From Candidatus Heimdallarchaeota archaeon (GTDB lineage Archaea > Asgardarchaeota > Wukongarchaeia > Wukongarchaeales > JBHIFL01): 42,059 nucleotides of DNA. Of this stretch, positions 40,238 to 42,059 are shown one piece after another. The notes under the pieces are model-generated. The model was not told where the DNA came from. It did not search any database and worked only from the letters and a program-made list of their open reading frames with translations. Where the stretch lies: NCBI GenBank assembly GCA_046761065.1, contig JBHIFL010000037.1, forward strand, positions 1-42,059, given 5' to 3'. How positions within the stretch are numbered: position 1 is the stretch's first letter; every line of letters begins with the position of its first letter. The position numbers and the translations under genes are program-made.

Positions 40238-41206
40238 TTATGCCAATGAATAAGTTAAGGCCCATTGTAGGGATTCGGGGGTTATATTACTTCCTGTGAG
40301 GAGAATTGCCACTTTTTTACCTCGGATACGATCTTTAATTTTAATTGCTGCGGCTAATGAGGCAGCTCCTGCCCCTTCGGCCAAATTATGGGTCTTATGG
40401 AATAGCAACGCAATAGCTTGCAACATATCTTCTTCAGATACTAGAACGAAGTCATCTAAGAGCTCATTTAGGATCGGTACGGTTAATTCATAGCCTGTTT
40501 TTGTCGCTAAACCGTCAGCAAAGGTCTCCACTTCCGCTTCTACGATGCGTCCTTCCTTCCACGACCGGTACACTGCTGGAGCTTTTTCGGCTTGGCACGC
40601 AATGACTTCAACATCCGGAGTAAGGTGTTTTGTCACAATACATGCCCCGCAAGCGCCCGTACCACCGCCTACTGGTACAATGATTGTATTTACATCTGGA
40701 AGCTCCTCAAGAATCTCTAGTGTATGTGTTCCAACTCCTGAAATAAGCATTGGTTCATCTGAGAAATGAATATATCGGGATCCTTCTTCTTTCGCTAAAC
40801 GTTCAGCATGCTCTCGCGCCTCTTTAAGGTTTTTTCCATGATAGATTAATTCTGCTCCAAGACTTTTAATGAATTCAGCTTTTCCTGGATTCGCTCTTTC
40901 GGGCAAGGCCACCTTTGCTTGGACTCCAAAGAGCCGGGAGGCGTACGAGATCGAAATCCCATGATTTCCTGATGACGCGGTAATCACTCCTCTTCGTTTT
41001 TCTGTTTCGTTCAGTTGTGAAATAAGATTAATACCTCCCCGAACCTTGAAGGAGCCGGTTGGTTGATGGTTCTCATGTTTGATGTAAAGTTCACACCCTA
41101 ACAAGCTATTCAACGCAGGATATTGGTAAAGTGGGGTGCGGGACAGATACTTACTTATCACACGGCTAGCTTTCAGAATATCCTTAAAAGTCGGTCTTTT
41201 TGGCAT
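40238..41206 (-). CDS. PLP-dependent threonine/serine dehydratase (catabolic, no regulatory domain)
   Basis: KHENHQPTGSFKVRG, ASSGNHG, VPVGGGTG, TFADGL, EGAGAA, TGSN. Confidence 0.93.
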   Translation of the reverse strand: MPKRPTFKDILKASRVISKYLSRTPLYQYPALNSLLGCELYIKHENHQPTGSFKVRGGINLISQLNETEKRRGVITASSGNHGISISYASRLFGVQAKVALPERANPGKAEFIKSLGAELIYHGKNLKEAREHAERLAKEEGSRYIHFSDEPMLISGVGTHTLEILEELPDVNTIIVPVGGGTGACGACIVTKHLTPDVEVIACQAEKAPAVYRSWKEGRIVEAEVETFADGLATKTGYELTVPILNELLDDFVLVSEEDMLQAIALLFHKTHNLAEGAGAASLAAAIKIKDRIRGKKVAILLTGSNITPESLQWALTYSLA

Positions 41207-41367
41207 TTTTAAATCACCGGAAGCCCCTTTCAGTTATATAGATTCTTTTTGATAATAGTCATTACCCTGCGTACTATTGCATTAAAATTCTTCTTTGAAC
41301 ATTTCTACTTTCATGACCTGTTTATATAAGAATGGTCTTGATCCTCTAGGTTAATGGGGAAAGACCT

Positions 41368-41754
41368 TTGAATCAATCTGAAGGTGGAGATCCCAAATTG
41401 CCGAAGCCTTCAGCCTCAAAAAATATCCAGCAAATTGTTAAACGTATCCTCCAGAAGACAGAAGCAGTTATAGATGAGATTCAATCACTTGATAAGTTAG
41501 TCCCACTAGGATCAGTATTGATTCAGCAAGTCAAATATCTAATAGTTGCTCTGCAAAAAGAGGTCTTAGCTGAAATTGAGTTCCCAGGTAATCGTGATAT
41601 TCCATTAATGAATACAATCCGACTGAAATTTCTCACGCTATACTGGATGGCCCAGCATCACATTTTTCCTCAAGTCTTGGAACAGCTTGCTGAAGTGCAC
41701 TGTTTTTGCGTAAAGATATATTCCATGTTAGAGCATGAAGTTCAGCAAAGATAA
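41368..41754 (+). CDS. Hypothetical alpha-helical protein
   Basis: 128-aa ORF filling the gap, TATA-like TTTATATA upstream; no recognisable motif. Confidence 0.45.
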   Translation: MNQSEGGDPKLPKPSASKNIQQIVKRILQKTEAVIDEIQSLDKLVPLGSVLIQQVKYLIVALQKEVLAEIEFPGNRDIPLMNTIRLKFLTLYWMAQHHIFPQVLEQLAEVHCFCVKIYSMLEHEVQQR

Positions 41755-41799
41755 AAGTAATGTGTAATAATAATACTAACATCATGGTAAGGTTTGTAG

Positions 41800-42024
41800 A
41801 TGATTTTTGAGTTAGAAAAGGATGATTATGAAAAGGTTCAATCAATATTCAAACCCTTGGAATTCAATCTTATTACTAGAGCAGTTATTGAGGGATCGGG
41901 TCCTGGTAGAATCTATGTGAATGATTTTATTTGCCCAAAGACTGCGTTCATGTGTACAGTCGAGGGTTATTATCTAGCGGGCAATGAGAATAATGATGTG
42001 TTCAATCAGTACTCGGAAAAGTAG
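41800..42024 (+). pseudogene. N-terminal fragment of a GNAT-family acetyltransferase
   Basis: AVIEG..PGRIYV.D...PKTAF.......YLAG...N..FN resembles the N-terminus of longer GNAT proteins; stops at 74 aa just before a GC-rich tail at the window edge. Confidence 0.6.
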
Positions 42025-42059
42025 CGTGATCACCCCCTTGCTGGACGCCCCCCGGCAAG

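Noticed and set aside
116-41845. Numerous short ORFs antisense to or nested in well-supported genes (e.g. 162-602, 2094-2420, 10183-10593, 38176-38505)
   Set aside because: Shadow frames without motifs or translation signals.
1-42059. CRISPR array, tRNA or rRNA genes
   Set aside because: No regularly spaced repeats or RNA-gene signatures seen by eye; short repeats such as ACACCCTCC near 36608/36643 occur only twice.

Overview
This looks like an AT-rich chromosomal window, most likely from an anaerobic archaeon. That is inferred from a TrmB regulator, a UPF0282-type metallo-hydrolase, GGTGA/GAGGTG ribosome-binding sites and BRE-TATA promoters; the phylum cannot be fixed from this window. It is a patchwork of catabolic genes: M20, M42 and amidohydrolase peptidases, a Thr/Ser dehydratase, a saccharopine-dehydrogenase-like enzyme, Kce/BKACE and a non-pyrrolysine MttB-family methyltransferase. 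It also has a divergent pair of PfkA-family kinases with opposite phosphoryl-donor signatures next to a class II aldolase, tupABC with a ModE-like operator, FprA, two HNH nucleases and several pseudogenes. The most notable structure is a pair of related IS200/IS605 elements. The first is a 1605-bp element (31245-32849) with precisely reconstructable ends. It carries a TnpB with the rearranged (Fanzor-type) RuvC site, now broken by one TAG, plus a tnpA 3' stub. The second is a ~550-bp unannotated mini-element (6182-6732) that lost almost all of tnpB but keeps both ends, the same tnpA stub and the omegaRNA-like scaffold, with a different flanking guide. A 29-aa single C2H2 zinc-finger ORF missed by the ORF track is also present. 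No rRNA, tRNA or CRISPR array was seen.
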